Source: Scyliorhinus canicula (lineage: Eukaryota). From it: a DNA stretch of 64,000 nt. A model generated the notes under the pieces. The model was not told the DNA's origin and did not search any database. It saw only the letters and a program-made list of their open reading frames with translations. The stretch covers positions 124,001 through 188,000 of the forward strand of contig NW_024055806.1 in assembly GCF_902713615.1 (NCBI RefSeq), read 5' to 3'. Made by a program: the position numbers and the translations under genes. Below, piece by piece: positions 12,197 to 24,224 of the stretch (position 1 is the stretch's first letter; each line of letters begins with the position of its first letter).

Positions 12197-12532
12197 GGGG
12201 GCACAGTGATTAGCACTGCTGCATTGCACAGTGGTTAGCATTGCCGCACCAGCGACCTGGGTTCAATTCCAGCCTGGTGTGACTGTGTGGAGTTTGCACA
12301 TTCTCCCCGTGTCTGTGTGGGTTCCCTCTGGGTGCTGCAGTTTTCTCCCACCGTCCAAAGATGTGAAGGTTTGGTGGATTGGCTGTGCTAAATTGCCCCT
12401 TAGTGTCCAAAGGTGAAGTTGGGTTACGGGGATAGGGCAAGAGAGTTTGAGCCTGGGTGGGGTGCTCTTTTGTAGGATTGGTGCAAACTCGATGGGACGA
12501 ATGGCCTCCTTCTGCAATGTAGGGATTCAATG
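12197..12532 (+). mobile_element. HE1-like SINE with duplicated 5' head
   Basis: gcacagtgattagcactgctgcatt-gcacagtggttagcattgcc; full CR1-type tail. Confidence 0.85.
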
Positions 12533-12634
12533 ATGCTGCCAGATCTGTTGAGTTAATCTCGCATTTTCTGTTTTTATTCTATATTACACACCTTTTTGAT
12601 CCATTAATTATATTTATTGAACCACTGTCGCATG

Positions 12635-15600
12635 AACTACCAGGAGCAGTGTGTTGATATTTCAGCTATTCCGGCCTTGGGTGTTTGTGTGGAGTTTGTA
12701 CATTCTCCCCGTGTCTGTATGAGTTCCCTCCGGGTGCTCCAATTTTCTCCAAAGATGTGCAGGTTGCGTGGGTTGACCAATCGAAATTGCCCGTTAGTGT
12801 CCAATCAAAGGTTAGGTGGAATTACTGGGTTACGGGGATAGGGTGGAGGCATGCTCTTAAATAGAGAAATATCCTAGAAAAGCAATAGTAATAGGAGATT
12901 CAATGGTTAGGGGAATAGATAGGAGATTCTGTGGTCGCGAGCGAGACTCCCGAAAGGTATGTTGCCTCCCGGGTGCCAGGGCCAGGGATGTCTCTGATCG
13001 TGTCTTCAGGATCCTGAAGGGGGAGGGTGAGCAGCCAGAAGTCGTGGTGCACATTGGTACCAACGATGTAGGTAGGAAAAAGGGTGTGGAGGTAATAAAC
13101 AAGTTTAGGGAGTTAGGCTGGAAGTTAAAGGCCAGGACAGACAGAGTTGTCATCTCTGGTTTGTTGCCGGTGCCACGTGATAGCGAGGCTAGGAATAGGG
13201 AGAGAGTGCAGTTGAACACGTGGCTGCAGGAATGGTGTAGGAGGGAGGGCTTCAGGTATTTGGATAATTGGAGCGCATTCTGGGGAAGGTGGGACCTGTA
13301 CAATCAGGACGGGTTGCATCTGAACCAGAGGGGCACCAATATCCTGGGGGGGAGGTTTTCTAGTACTCTTCGGGAGGGTTTAAACTAATTTGGCAGGGGT
13401 ATGGGAACCGGATCTGTAGTCCAGCAACTAAGGTAGACGATAGTCAGGACGCCAAAGCACGTAGTGATGCAGTGGGGAAGGTAACAGTGACAAAGGAGAG
13501 TACTTGCAGGCAAGGAGATGGGTTGAAGTGTGTATACTTTAATGCAAGAAGCATCAGGAATAAGGTGGGTGAACTTAAGGCATGGATCTGTACTTGGGAC
13601 TACGATGTGGTGGCCATCACGGAAACTTGGATAGAAGAGGGGCAGAAATGGTTGTTGGAGGTCCCTGGTTATAGATGTTTCAACAAGATTAGGGAGGATG
13701 GTAAAAGAGGTGGGGGGGTGGCATTGTTAATTAGAGATAGTATAACAGCTGCAGAAAGGCAGTTCGAGGGGGATCTGCCTACTGAGGTAATATGGGTTGA
13801 AGTTAGAAATAGGAAAGGAGCAGTCACCTTGTTGGGAGTTTTCTATAGGCCCCCCAATAGCAGCAGAGATGTGGAGGAACAGATTGGGAAACAGATTTTG
13901 GAAAGGTGCAGAAGTCACAGGGTAGTAGTCATGGGCGACTTCAACTTCCCAAACATTGAGTGGAAACTCTTTAGATCAAATAGTTTGGATGGGGTAGTGT
14001 TTGTGCAGTGTGTCCAGGAAGCTTTTCTAACACAGTATGTAGATTGTCCGACCAGAGGGGAGGCCATATTGGATTTAGTACTTGGTAATGAACCAGGGCA
14101 GGTGATAGATTTGTTAGTGGGGGAGCATTTTGGAGGTAGTGACCACAATTCTGTGACTTTCACTTTAGTAATGGAGAGGGATAGGTGCATGCAACAGGGC
14201 AAGGTTTATAATTGGGGGAAGGGTAAATACAATGCTGTCAGACAAGAATTGAAGTGCAGAAGTTGGGAACATAGGCTGTCAGGGAAGGACACAAGTGAAA
14301 TGTGGAACTTGTTCAAGGAACAGGTACTGCGTGTCTTTGATATGTATGTCCCTATCAGGCAGGGAAGAGATGGTCAAGTGAGGGAACCATGGTTGACAAG
14401 AGAGGTTGAATGTCTTGTTAAGAGGAAGAAGGAGACTTATGTAAGGCTGAAGAAACAAGGTTCAGACAGGGCGCTGGAGGGATACAAGATAGCCAGGAGG
14501 GAACTGAAGAAAGGGATTAGGAGAGCTAAGAGAGGGCATGAAAAATCTTTGGCGGGTAGGATCAAGGAAAACCCCAAGGCCTTTTACACATATGTGAGAA
14601 ATATGAGAATGACTAGAGCGAGGGTAGGTCCGATTAAGGACAGTAGTGGGAGATTGTGTATTGAGTCTGAAGAGATAGGAGAGGTCTTGAACAAGTATTT
14701 TTCTTCAGTATTTACAAACGAGAGGGGCCATATTGTTGGAGAGGACAGCGTGAAGCAGACTGATAAGCTTGAGGAGATACTTGTCAGGAAGGAAGATGTG
14801 TTGCGCGTTTTGAAAAACTTGAGGATAGACAAGTCCCCCGGGCCTGACGGGATATATCCAAGGATTCTATGGGAAGCAAGAAATGAAATTGCAGAGCCGT
14901 TGGCAATGATCTTTTCGTCCTCGCTGTCAACAGGGGTGGTACCAGAGGATTGGAGAGTGGCGAATGTCGTGCCCCTGTTCAAAAAAGGGAATAGGGATAA
15001 CCCTGGGAATTACAGGCCAGTTAGTCTTACTTCGGTGGTAGGCAAAGTAATGGAAAGGGTACTGAGGGATAGGATTTCTGAGCATCTGGAAAGGCATTGC
15101 TTGATTAGGGATAGTCAGCACGTATTTGTGAGGGGTAGGTCTTGCCTTACAAGTCTTATTGAATTTTTTGAGGAGGTGACCAAGCATGTGGATGAAGGTA
15201 AAGCAGTGGATGTAGTGTACATGGATTTTAGTAAGGCATTTGATAAGGTTCCCCATGGTAGGCTTATGCAGAAAGTAAGGAGGCATGGGATAGTGGGAAA
15301 TTTGGCCAGTTGGATAACAAACTGGCTAACCGATAGAAGACAGAGAGTGGTGGTGGATGGCAAATATTCAGCCTGGAGCCCAGTTATCAGTGGCGTACCG
15401 CAGGGATCAGTTCTGGGTCCTCTGCTGTTTGTGATTTTTCATTAATGACTTGGATGAGGGAGTTGAAGGGTGGGTCAGTAAATTTGCAGATGATACGAAA
15501 ATTGGTGGAGTTGTGGATAGTGAGGAGGGCTGTTGTCGGCTTCAAAGAGACATAGATAGAATGCAGAGCTGGGCTGAGAAGTGGCAGATGGAGTTTAACC

Positions 15601-16680
15601 CTGACAAGTGTGAGGTTGTCCATTTTGGAAGGACAAATCTGAATGCGGAATACAGGGTTAATGGTAGGGTTCTTGGCAATGTGGAGGAGCAGAGAGATCT
15701 TGGGGTCTATGTTCATAGTTCTTTGAAAGTTGCCACTCAAGTGGATAGAGCTGTGAAGAAGGCCTATGGTGTGCTAGCGTTCATTAGCAGAGGGATTGAA
15801 TTTAAGAGCCGTGAGGTGATGATGCAGCTGTACAAAACCTTGGTCAGGCCACATTTGGAGTACTGTGTGCAGTTCTGGTCACCTCATTTTAGGAAGGATG
15901 TGGAAGCTTTGGAAAAGGTGCAAAGGAGATTTACCAGGATGTTGCCTGGAATGGAGAGTAGGTCATACGAGGAAAGGTTGAGGGTGCTAGGCCTTTTCTC
16001 ATTAGAACGGAGAAGGATGAGGGGCGACTTGATAGAGGTTTATAAGATGATCAGGGGAATAGATAGAGTAGACAGTCAGAGACTTTTTCCCCGGGTGGAA
16101 CACACCATTACAAGGGGACATAAATTTAAGATAAATGGTGGACGATATAGAGGGGATGTCAGAGGTAGGTTCTTTACCCAGAGAGTAGTGGGGGCATGGA
16201 ATGCACTGCCTGTGGTAGTAGTCGAGTCAGAAAAGTTAGGGACCTTCAAGCGGCTATTGGATAGGTACTTGGATTAGGGTAGAATAATGGAGTGTAGGTT
16301 AACTTCTTAAGGGCAGCACGGTAGCATTGTGGATAGCACAATTGCTTCACAGCTCCAGGGTCCCAAGTTCGATTTCGACTTGGGTCACTGTCTGTGTGGA
16401 GTCTGCACATCCTCCCCGTGACTGCGTGGGTTTCCTCCGGGTACTCCGGTTTCCTCCCACAGTTCAAAGATGTGCAGGTTGGGTGGATTGGCCATGGAAA
16501 ATTGTCCAAAATTCTATGATTAACCTAGGACAAATGTTCGGCGCAACATCGTGGGCCGAAGGGCCTGTTCTGTGCTGTATTTCTCTATAAATAGGGTGCT
16601 TTTCCAAGGGCCGATGCAGTCTCAATGGGTGGAATGGCCTCCTTTTGCATTGTAAATTCTCTGATTCTGGAGGATTTTCT
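12635..16680 (+). mobile_element. HE1-like SINE split by the CR1 insertion (12635-12864 + 16595-16680)
   Basis: Removing the CR1 and one TSD copy rejoins ...ggaggcatgctct-taaatag-ggtgcttttccaagggccgatgcag... into a continuous SINE. Confidence 0.85.
12865..16587 (+). mobile_element. 5'-truncated CR1 LINE with esterase-type ORF1 remnant and one frameshift in ORF2
   Basis: ORF1 SGNH esterase motifs IGDS, HIGTND, DGLH (to 13388). ORF2 YFNARS, ITETW, GDFN, LDLV, SDHN, YRPVSLTS, DFSKAFD, GVPQGSVLGP; +1 T in T5 at 15435-15439; then FADD...YLD-stop 16277. TSD taaatag at 12858-12864 and 16588-16594. Confidence 0.95.
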
Positions 16681-16719
16681 CTCACAGTCTGATCCGATGT
16701 GTCTGTTTGCTGGTATTTC

Positions 16720-17020
16720 CGACGGTAGCACAGCGGTTAGCACTGTTGCTTCACAGCGCCAGGATTCCTCGTTCAATTCGTGTTTGGGTCACGGTCTGTG
16801 CGGTGTCTGCACGTTCCCTCCTTGTCTACGTGGGTTTCCTCCGGGTGCTCCGGTTTCCTCCCACAAGTCCCGAAAGATGTGCTTGTTAGGTGATTTGGAC
16901 ATTTTGAATTATCCCTCTGTACACCCAAACAGGATTGTGGCGACTAGGGGCTTTTCACGGTAACTTCATTGCAATGTTAATGTAAGCCTACTTGTGGCAA
17001 TAACAAAGAATATTATTATA
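16720..17020 (+). mobile_element. SINE, tail type 2
   Basis: Head, body and type-2 tail. Confidence 0.85.
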
Positions 17021-17039
17021 TGTTTGGGTACTTTAGGGA

Positions 17040-17380
17040 GCTGGTCGAACTTCCTTTATTCTACCTGTTGTCCCCTCGGATATTCCATCTGTTTTTGGTT
17101 AATGTGTCTGGAGTCTGAGTTCTTCCAGTCTGTCTCCAATTCTCCTTCCTGTCTGGGGTATATGGGTCTAGGTAGCTTGGTGTTGTCATTTGTGTTGTTT
17201 AGTTGTCTGTCTGTCTCCAGCAGGTATTGTTGTCCCTCGATAATGACTGTGCTGCTACCCTTGTCTTCTGGTCTTATGAACATATCCGTGTTGGATCCAA
17301 GCTCCCGGATTGTCTGTCTTTCTCTCCGGGTGAGATTCTGTTTGTCTCTTGTATTTCACTGTGACAGGGCAGAGACCTGA
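17040..17380 (-). mobile_element. Degenerate Penelope-like RT fragment (different family)
   Basis: FIRPEDKGSSTVII...YLLETDRQL matches the IxPADKG...Y..E..RQL motif that precedes Penelope RT. Confidence 0.65.
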
Positions 17381-18114
17381 TTGAAGGGTTCAAACATGGG
17401 AATTCTGGGAAAGATAGTCAAGGATTTGGGAGGTGACAACATGTTTAAAGAGTTAGGAGAGGAAAGGGAGGTTGAAGATGAGGCAGTAATTTGTAAGGAT
17501 GGCAGGGTCAAGGGTTTGTTTTATTGAGGTGGTGATGATGGCAGATTTGAAGGACAGAGGGACAGTACTTGAAGAGAGAGAAATATTGACAATATTCATG
17601 GACACAGGGTAGTTGGCTGATCAGTAGCTCACTGGGAATAGGGTCGATGTAGCAGGAGCTGGGTCTCATGGACAAGATGAGCTGTGAGTGGGCATGAGGG
17701 GAGATGGGAGAGAAACTAGAGAAAGATGTGGGTTCAGAGCTCGGGAAAGGATGAAATTTAGAGACAGTTTGGTCCGGTGGGCTCGTGGAAGGGAGGGAAG
17801 CAGCAGAGGCAGCTGATCGGGTTTACTCAACCTCAGTCACAAAGAAGCTCCACAAGCTCCTCACACTTCCGGTTGGAGGTGAGGATGGAAGAGACAGGGG
17901 AGAGACAGCGAGAGTACTTCAAAAGGAACTAACTTGTGTCAAGATATTAAAAAGTTTCAACACACTGCGTATTTAACATAAATCTAATTTATTTGATTTT
18001 TAGCCAGAATATCAGCTCTTGTAAATGGGCTGGAGTTTGTGATCAGCAGAAAGAGACCCAAATTAACCTGGTTCAGTCCTGAATGTGAGGAACAGCAAAA
18101 TACAATCACTATGG

Positions 18115-18941
18115 TTACTTGTGGCCTCGTTGGTGTGTCAGCAGGTTGGATGAAGTGGTGAATCCCTTCCCACACTTGACACAGGTGTATGGCCTCTCCC
18201 CAGTGTGAATTCGTTGATGTACAATGAGGTTAGATGATTGTCTGAACCCAGTCCCACAGTGAGAGCACCTGAACGGTTTCTCATCAGTGTGAACACGTTG
18301 ATGGTTCATCAGTTCCCCGGAACTTTTATAGTACTTACCACAGTCTGGACATTGAAACGGTCTCACATCAGTGTGAACTCGCTGGTGTGTGGACAGAGTG
18401 GATGACTCAGTGAATCCCTTCCCACATTTGGAGCACGTGAACGGTCTTTCCCCAGTGTGAACTCGCTGGTGTCTCAGCAGGTGGGATGACTTAGCACCTC
18501 AGCAGGTGGGATGAATCCTTTCCCACACTCTGAACAGGTGAATGGTCTCTCCCCAGTGTGAATTCGCTGGTGTTTCCGCAGGTCGAATGACTGTGTGAAT
18601 CCCTTCCCACACTTGGAGCAGGTGAATGGCCTCTCCCCAGTGTGACTGCGTCGATGAGTTTCCAGCTTGGATGGGTAAGTGAATCCTTTCCTACAGTCCG
18701 CACATTTCCACGGTTTCTCCTCAGTGTGACTGCATTTGTGGCTTGTGAGGCCTGATGATTGACTGAATCCTCGTCCACACACACAACACGTGTATGGTTT
18801 CCCCGCACTGTGAACGATGCTTTTTCCTTCCATGCTCAAAGTACGATGATGTTCAGGATATGATAAATTGAGGATTCAGTCAGATCCTGATGTGATGCTT
18901 GGTTTGAGTTTCCGGACTTTGAAGCCTCCCCTTCGAACACC
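18115..18941 (-). pseudogene. C2H2 zinc-finger gene A, 8 fingers, frame broken in finger 4
   Basis: Acceptor cattttcacAG (18942-18943), ATG 18833 (MEGKSIVHS), TGERPF linkers. Duplicated 17-mer at 18473-18489/18498-18514 shifts the frame; the downstream fingers end HQRGHK-stop at 18115. Confidence 0.88.
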
Positions 18942-19237
18942 CTGTGAAAATGATTGAAAACAGAAAATAGGGAGTGAGGGAGAACCCACAAAAACACAAA
19001 GGCAGGTTGTGAAATTGAGCTGAATGAATCTGGTCATTTGTGGGGTCGACACTGGGAAAAAGTGACCATGAAAACTGCTGGATTGTTATAAAACCCAACT
19101 GGCCTCTTTGGGAGGAGAGAGAAAGAGGTGTAGAGGGATTTTTTATATCTGCGAGCCATATTAAAGAGAATAGATGGCAAAGCAAATTCGACCTTGAGCT
19201 TCATAAACAGTAATACTGATACCAAAACTATGCTTCT

Positions 19238-19590
19238 GGTGGCACGGTGATTAGCACTGCTGCCTCACAGCACCAGGGACCCGGGTTCAATTCCGTGGTG
19301 ACTGTCTGTGTGGAGTTTGCACTTTCTCCCCGTGTCTCCGTGGGTTTCCACCCGGTGCTCAGGTTTCCTCCAACAGTCCAAAGAAGGGAAAGTTTGGTGG
19401 ATTGGCCTTGATAAATTGCCCCTTAGTGTCCAGGGATGTGCTGGTTAGGTGGAGCTATGGGGTTACAGGGACAGGGTAGGGGTGTGGGCCTAGGCATGGT
19501 GCCCTTTCAGAGAATCAGTGCAGACTTGATGGGCCGAATGGCTTCCTTCTGCACTGTAGGAATTCTATGGTTCTAATTCTATTCTATGAA
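19238..19590 (+). mobile_element. HE1-like SINE
   Basis: Head with ggttcaattcc B box, CR1-type tail ending (ttcta)n. Confidence 0.85.
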
Positions 19591-20500
19591 TCTTTATAAA
19601 GCTCTGGTCACCATTCTTCAGGAAGGATGTGAAGGTTCTTGGAGAAGGTGCAGAGGAGATTTACCAGAATGGTTCCAGCAAAGGAGGTTGAGGGGAGATT
19701 TGATTCAGGTCCACAAGGTTCTGCCAAGTTTTGATCAGGTGGGCAAAGAAACTGTTTCCATTCACTGATCGGACAAGCACTATGGACACAGATTTAAAGT
19801 TTTGGGTAAAACCTGGATTGAACTATACAAGATCCTGATGTGGAGAGGATGTTTCTTCTTGAGGGAGAATCGAGAACAAGGGTGTCACTGTTGCAAAATA
19901 AGAAGTCACCCATTTCAGATGGAGATGAGGATTTTTTATTCCCTTGAGGGCTATCAGACTTTGGAACTCGCGTCCTTAAAAGGCAGAGGAAGCAGAGTCC
20001 TTGAATATTTTTAAGGCAGAGCTGGATAGATTCTTGATGAGCAAGGGGGTGAATGGTCATCAGTGGTAGGCAGGAATATGGAGTTGAGGTTAGAATGAAA
20101 TCAGCCGCAATCTTATTGAATGCTGTGCAGTAAGAAGTCTTACAAGACCAGGTTAAAGTCCAACAGATTTGTTTCAAACCTATTGAGTGCTGAGCAGGCT
20201 CGAGGGGCCGAGTGGCCTGTTCCTAGTTTGTATGTAAAAGGTACAGGAGATATGAGGTGATATGAGATATGTTTTTACACAGCGAGCGGCAATGACCTGA
20301 AACTTGCTGCCTATCAGAGAGTTTGAAAATAGATACATGAATCATTTGATTTCAAAAGGAAATTGGATTCCCAGTTGAGGGAAATAAACCTGCGAGGATA
20401 CAGGGAGCAGGAGAATGGCACTGACTGGATTGTTCCAGAGAGCTAGCATGGATTCAATGGCCGAATGCCCTTCTCTGTGCCATCGTGTCTCTGACTCTTT
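19590..20500 (+). mobile_element. Several stacked CR1 3' fragments
   Basis: RRLRGDLIQVHK, RGH/FK motifs and repeated CR1-type termini (ggccgagtggcct, atggccgaatgcccttct). Confidence 0.65.
20130..20179 (-). mobile_element. 50-bp Penelope terminal fragment
   Basis: gtaagaagtcttacaagaccaggttaaagtccaacagatttgtttcaaac, starting at the same nucleotide as the other inverted arms. Confidence 0.8.
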
Positions 20501-20649
20501 TGTGTAATCTAGTTTTGTAATTTAACCACGGGGGGTTCAGATATCACTCAGATAAATCTGTGCTCACTCCCTCCGAGGCCATTCTATCCTTCCTCATGTT
20601 TGTTGCCCAGAACTGAACACAGTTCTCCAGGTTTGGTCTAACCAGGGTT

Positions 20650-20860
20650 TGTGAATCTCGGGGCTTTTCCAGTCACACGGAGACCTGAAATCTTCCCTCA
20701 CAGACAGAACAGACAAACTTTTACCTTCCACACCCAGATGCTGCTGATATTCAGGTTCTGATGAATCGAGTGACTCTGTCAGATCGCGATGTGACGTTTG
20801 GTTTGCGTTTCCCGTCTGTTAAACCTCCACTTCCAGTATCCTGTAAATTTACAGAAACCT
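20650..20860 (-). pseudogene. 5' remnant of a ZNF exon (paralogous to 41760-41960)
   Basis: Acceptor aaatttacAG at 20841-20842 and the following sequence align by eye with the 5' part of gene C's exon; the finger array is missing. Confidence 0.65.
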
Positions 20861-21099
20861 CATTGTCAGTTTAGGATAGAAATTCACAACATTCTCTCCT
20901 CGCCAACTTTGATTAAATGTATTCCTGGAGGTTTGATCACATGACCTGCCCCATCCTCCAGCCATTAATCGGTCAACACATCCATCCTTGTGACACACTG
21001 CCTTCCTCGGCCAATTGGGAAGCAAAATTACTCATTACCCTTACAGGACAGTGATTGACCGTCAGCCAAACAACCTTCATCCCATTTACAATATTTTAT

Positions 21100-22980
21100 A
21101 TACTCCCTCCCTCCCTCCCCCCCTCCCTCCCTCCCCCCCCCCCCCCTCCACTCCCTCCCCCCACCCCTCCCCCCCCACTCCCTCCCCCCCACCCCCCCAC
21201 TCCCTCCCCCCCCACCCCCCCCACTCCCTCCCCCCACCCCCCACTCCCTCCCCCCCTCCCCCAACCCCCCTCCCCCCCACCCCCCCACTCCCTCCCCCCC
21301 TCCCCCAACCCCCTCCCCCCCAAACCCCCCCACTCCCTCCCCCCCTCCCCCAACCCCCTCCCCCCCTCCCACCAACCCCCTCCCCCCCACCCCCTCCCCC
21401 AACCCCCTCCCCCCACCCCCCACTCCCTCCCCCCCACCCCCTCCCCCCCACTCCCTCCCCCCCACCCCCACTCCCTCCCCCCCCACCCCCCACTCCCTCC
21501 CCCCCACCCCCCACTCCCTCCCCCCCACCCCCCACTCCCTCCCCACCCCCCCAACCCCTCCCCCACCCCCCCACTCCCTCCCCCCCCCCCCACCCCCCAA
21601 CCCCCTCCCCCACCCCCCCACCCCCTCCCCCAACCCCCCCACTCCCTCCCCCACCCCCCCCCCCCTCCCCCCACCCCCTCCCCACCCCCCCACTCCCCTA
21701 CCCCCCACCCCCCCCCCCCCCCCTCCCTCCCCACCCCCCCACTCCCTCCCCCACCCCCCCACTCCCTCCCCCACCCCCCCACTCCCTCCCCCACCCCCCC
21801 CACTCCCTCCCCCACCCCCCCCACTCCCTCCCCCACCCCCCCCACTCCCTCCCCCCACCCCCCCCACTCCCTCCCCCCCCCACTCCCTCCCCCACCCCCC
21901 CCCCCACCCCCCCCACTCCCTCCCCCACCCCCCACTCCCCCCCACCCCCCCCACTCCCTCCCCCACCCCCCCCACTCCCTCCCCCACCCCCCCCACTCCT
22001 CCCCCACCCCCCCCACTCCCTCCCCCACCCCCCCCACTCCCTCCCCCACCCCCCCACCCCACTCCCTCCCCCACCCCCCCCCACTCCCTCCCCACCCCCC
22101 CCCACTCCCTCCCCCACCCCCCCCCACTCCCTCCCCCACCCCCCCCACTCCCTCCCCCACCCCCCCCACTCCCTCCCCCACCCCCCCCCCACTCCCTCCC
22201 CCACCCCCCCCACTCCCTCCCCCACCCCCCCCCACCCCCTCCCCCACCCCCCCCCACTCCCTCCCCCACCCCCCCCCCCCACCCCCCCACTCCCTCCCCC
22301 ACCCCCCCCACTCCCTCCCCCACCCCCCCCACACTCCCTCCCCCACCCCCCCCACTCCCTCCCCCACCCCCCCACTCCCTCCCCCACCCCCCCCACTCCC
22401 TCCCCCACCCCCCCCACTCCCTCCCCCACCCCCCCCCACTCCCTCCCCCACCCCCCCCACTCCCTCCCCCACCCCCCCCACTCCCTCCCCCCCCCCCCCC
22501 ACTCCCTCCCCCACCCCCCCCACTCCCTCCCCCACCCCCCCCACTCCCTCCCCCCACCCCCCCCACTCCCTCCCCCACCCCCCTTCCCACTCCCTCCCCC
22601 ACCCCCCCTTCCCACTCCCTCCCCCACCCCCCCTTCCCACTCCCTCCCCCACCCCCCCCTTCCCACTCCCTCCCCCACCCCCCCTTCCCACTCCCTCCCC
22701 CACCCCCCCTTCCCACTCCCTCCCCCCACCCCCTTCCCACTCCCTCCACCCACCCTTCCCCCCCACTCCCTCCACCCACCCTTCCCCCCCACTCCCTCCA
22801 CCCACCCTTCCCCCCTACTCCCTCCCCCACCCCCCCCTCCCACCCACATACTCTCACTCCCCCCGCCCCCCACATACATTCACTCCCTTCCCCCCCACCC
22901 ACATACACTCCCTTCCCCCACATACACTCACTCCCTCCCCCCACCCACCCACCCACCCACCCACATACACTCACTCCCTC
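21100..22980. repeat. 1.9-kb C-rich/G-rich array (G-quadruplex/i-motif prone)
   Basis: Units around CCCCCCACTCCCTCCCCCA, almost no G on the plus strand; unit sequence drifts along the array. Confidence 0.95.
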
Positions 22981-23399
22981 CGTTCTCACTCGGCTGCATC
23001 GAAGATACACCCTCCCTATTCTCCTGAAGGTGCTAACTCATGCTGATGGACAGATGTTCACAGCATTTCATATTCTCAACGGAGAGATCTTAAGAACCTC
23101 AGGACAGGAATCGGCCATTCGGCCCATCAATCCTGCTCTTCTATTTAATAAGAACATGGCTGATCGGATTGTGACCCTAAACTTCATTTTCTTCCTGTCA
23201 CCCATAACCTTTGACTGCCTTTTGGATCTAACTGAGCCTTGAATATATTTAATGAAGCAGCTTCCACTGCTGACTGGGAATTTCCTTCCTTGCCAGAGAT
23301 CAGAGTCCTCATTGATTTGAGCCCCACAACTGCAAACCAGGGAGCTGACAATGATGGTGAAGGGTTTGCGGACCCACAAAGTGTTTCCAAATCCTCCCA

Positions 23400-23720
23400 C
23401 CCACCGCCTGACGCTGACTCCGCTCTCCGGCTCCTTCCGCCATTGGCCTCGGCCCCGCACATGCGCAATAATGTTCAGCCCTGGCAGCTGCACCACGCAT
23501 GCTCCAGCTCCCTGGGAATGATTGACGGCGGTCAAAGTGGGGGCGGGCCTGGAGGACCTAGTGGCAGAAGCTGGTCCTCCAGCCAATCGGAGACAATGAG
23601 GGGCGGGGCTGAGCTGTCACTGTTGTGTCTCGGGGCCGCGGTCGGTTCCGGGGGAGTTGGCGGTGCTCCGGGTGGACAGATCTGCCAGGTTGGTGGAGAG
23701 GCATCAAAACATCCTTTTCA
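23400..23720. promoter_or_regulatory. CpG-rich promoter-like module 2, between divergent ZNF genes A and B
   Basis: GCACATGCGCA 23457-23467, CCAAT boxes, two GC boxes; homologous to module 1. Confidence 0.6.
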
Positions 23721-23968
23721 AGCTGAAACTATGAGAAATAACTTCTCCGTCCCCATATTTGCGCGGAACAGGGCCACAACTTCTCGTGATAGGCCTTAGT
23801 GACGCCACCTTTCTGGTGGGGTGGAGATGCCGCCTCTGGGGTGAGCACAGGGTGAAGTCTCACAAAACCAGGGTAAAGTCCAACAGGTTTATTGGAAATC
23901 ACAAGCTTTCGGAGCGCTGCTCCTTCCTCAGGTGAAGTGGAAGCAGGTTCACAAACATAGTATATATA

Positions 23969-24182
23969 GTAAGAAGTCTTACAACACCAGGTTAAAGTCC
24001 AACAGGTTTGTTTCAAACACGAGCTTTCGGAGCACGGCTCCTTCTTCAGGTGAATGTGGCCTTCAGGTGAAGGAGCCGTGCTCCGAAAGCTCGTGTTTGA
24101 AACAAACCTGTTGGACTTTAACCTGGTGTTGTAAGACTTCTTACTGTGCTCACCCCAGTCCAACGCCGGCATCTCCACATCA
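23969..24182. mobile_element. Short Penelope-derived fold-back insertion
   Basis: Left arm gtaagaagtcttac...caggtgaa, short filler, right arm gaaggagccg...ttcttac, then the same ~38-nt tail. Flanking duplication catagtatatatag at 23956-23969 and 24181-24194. Confidence 0.9.
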
Positions 24183-24224
24183 TAGTATATATAGGCAGAG
24201 ACACAATTGCCAGATAATTAACCA

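Noticed and set aside
21015-23046. 660-670-aa proline-rich (extensin/formin-like) and glycine-rich ORFs
   Set aside because: Translation of a C/G homopolymer-rich array, open on both strands; no coding signal.
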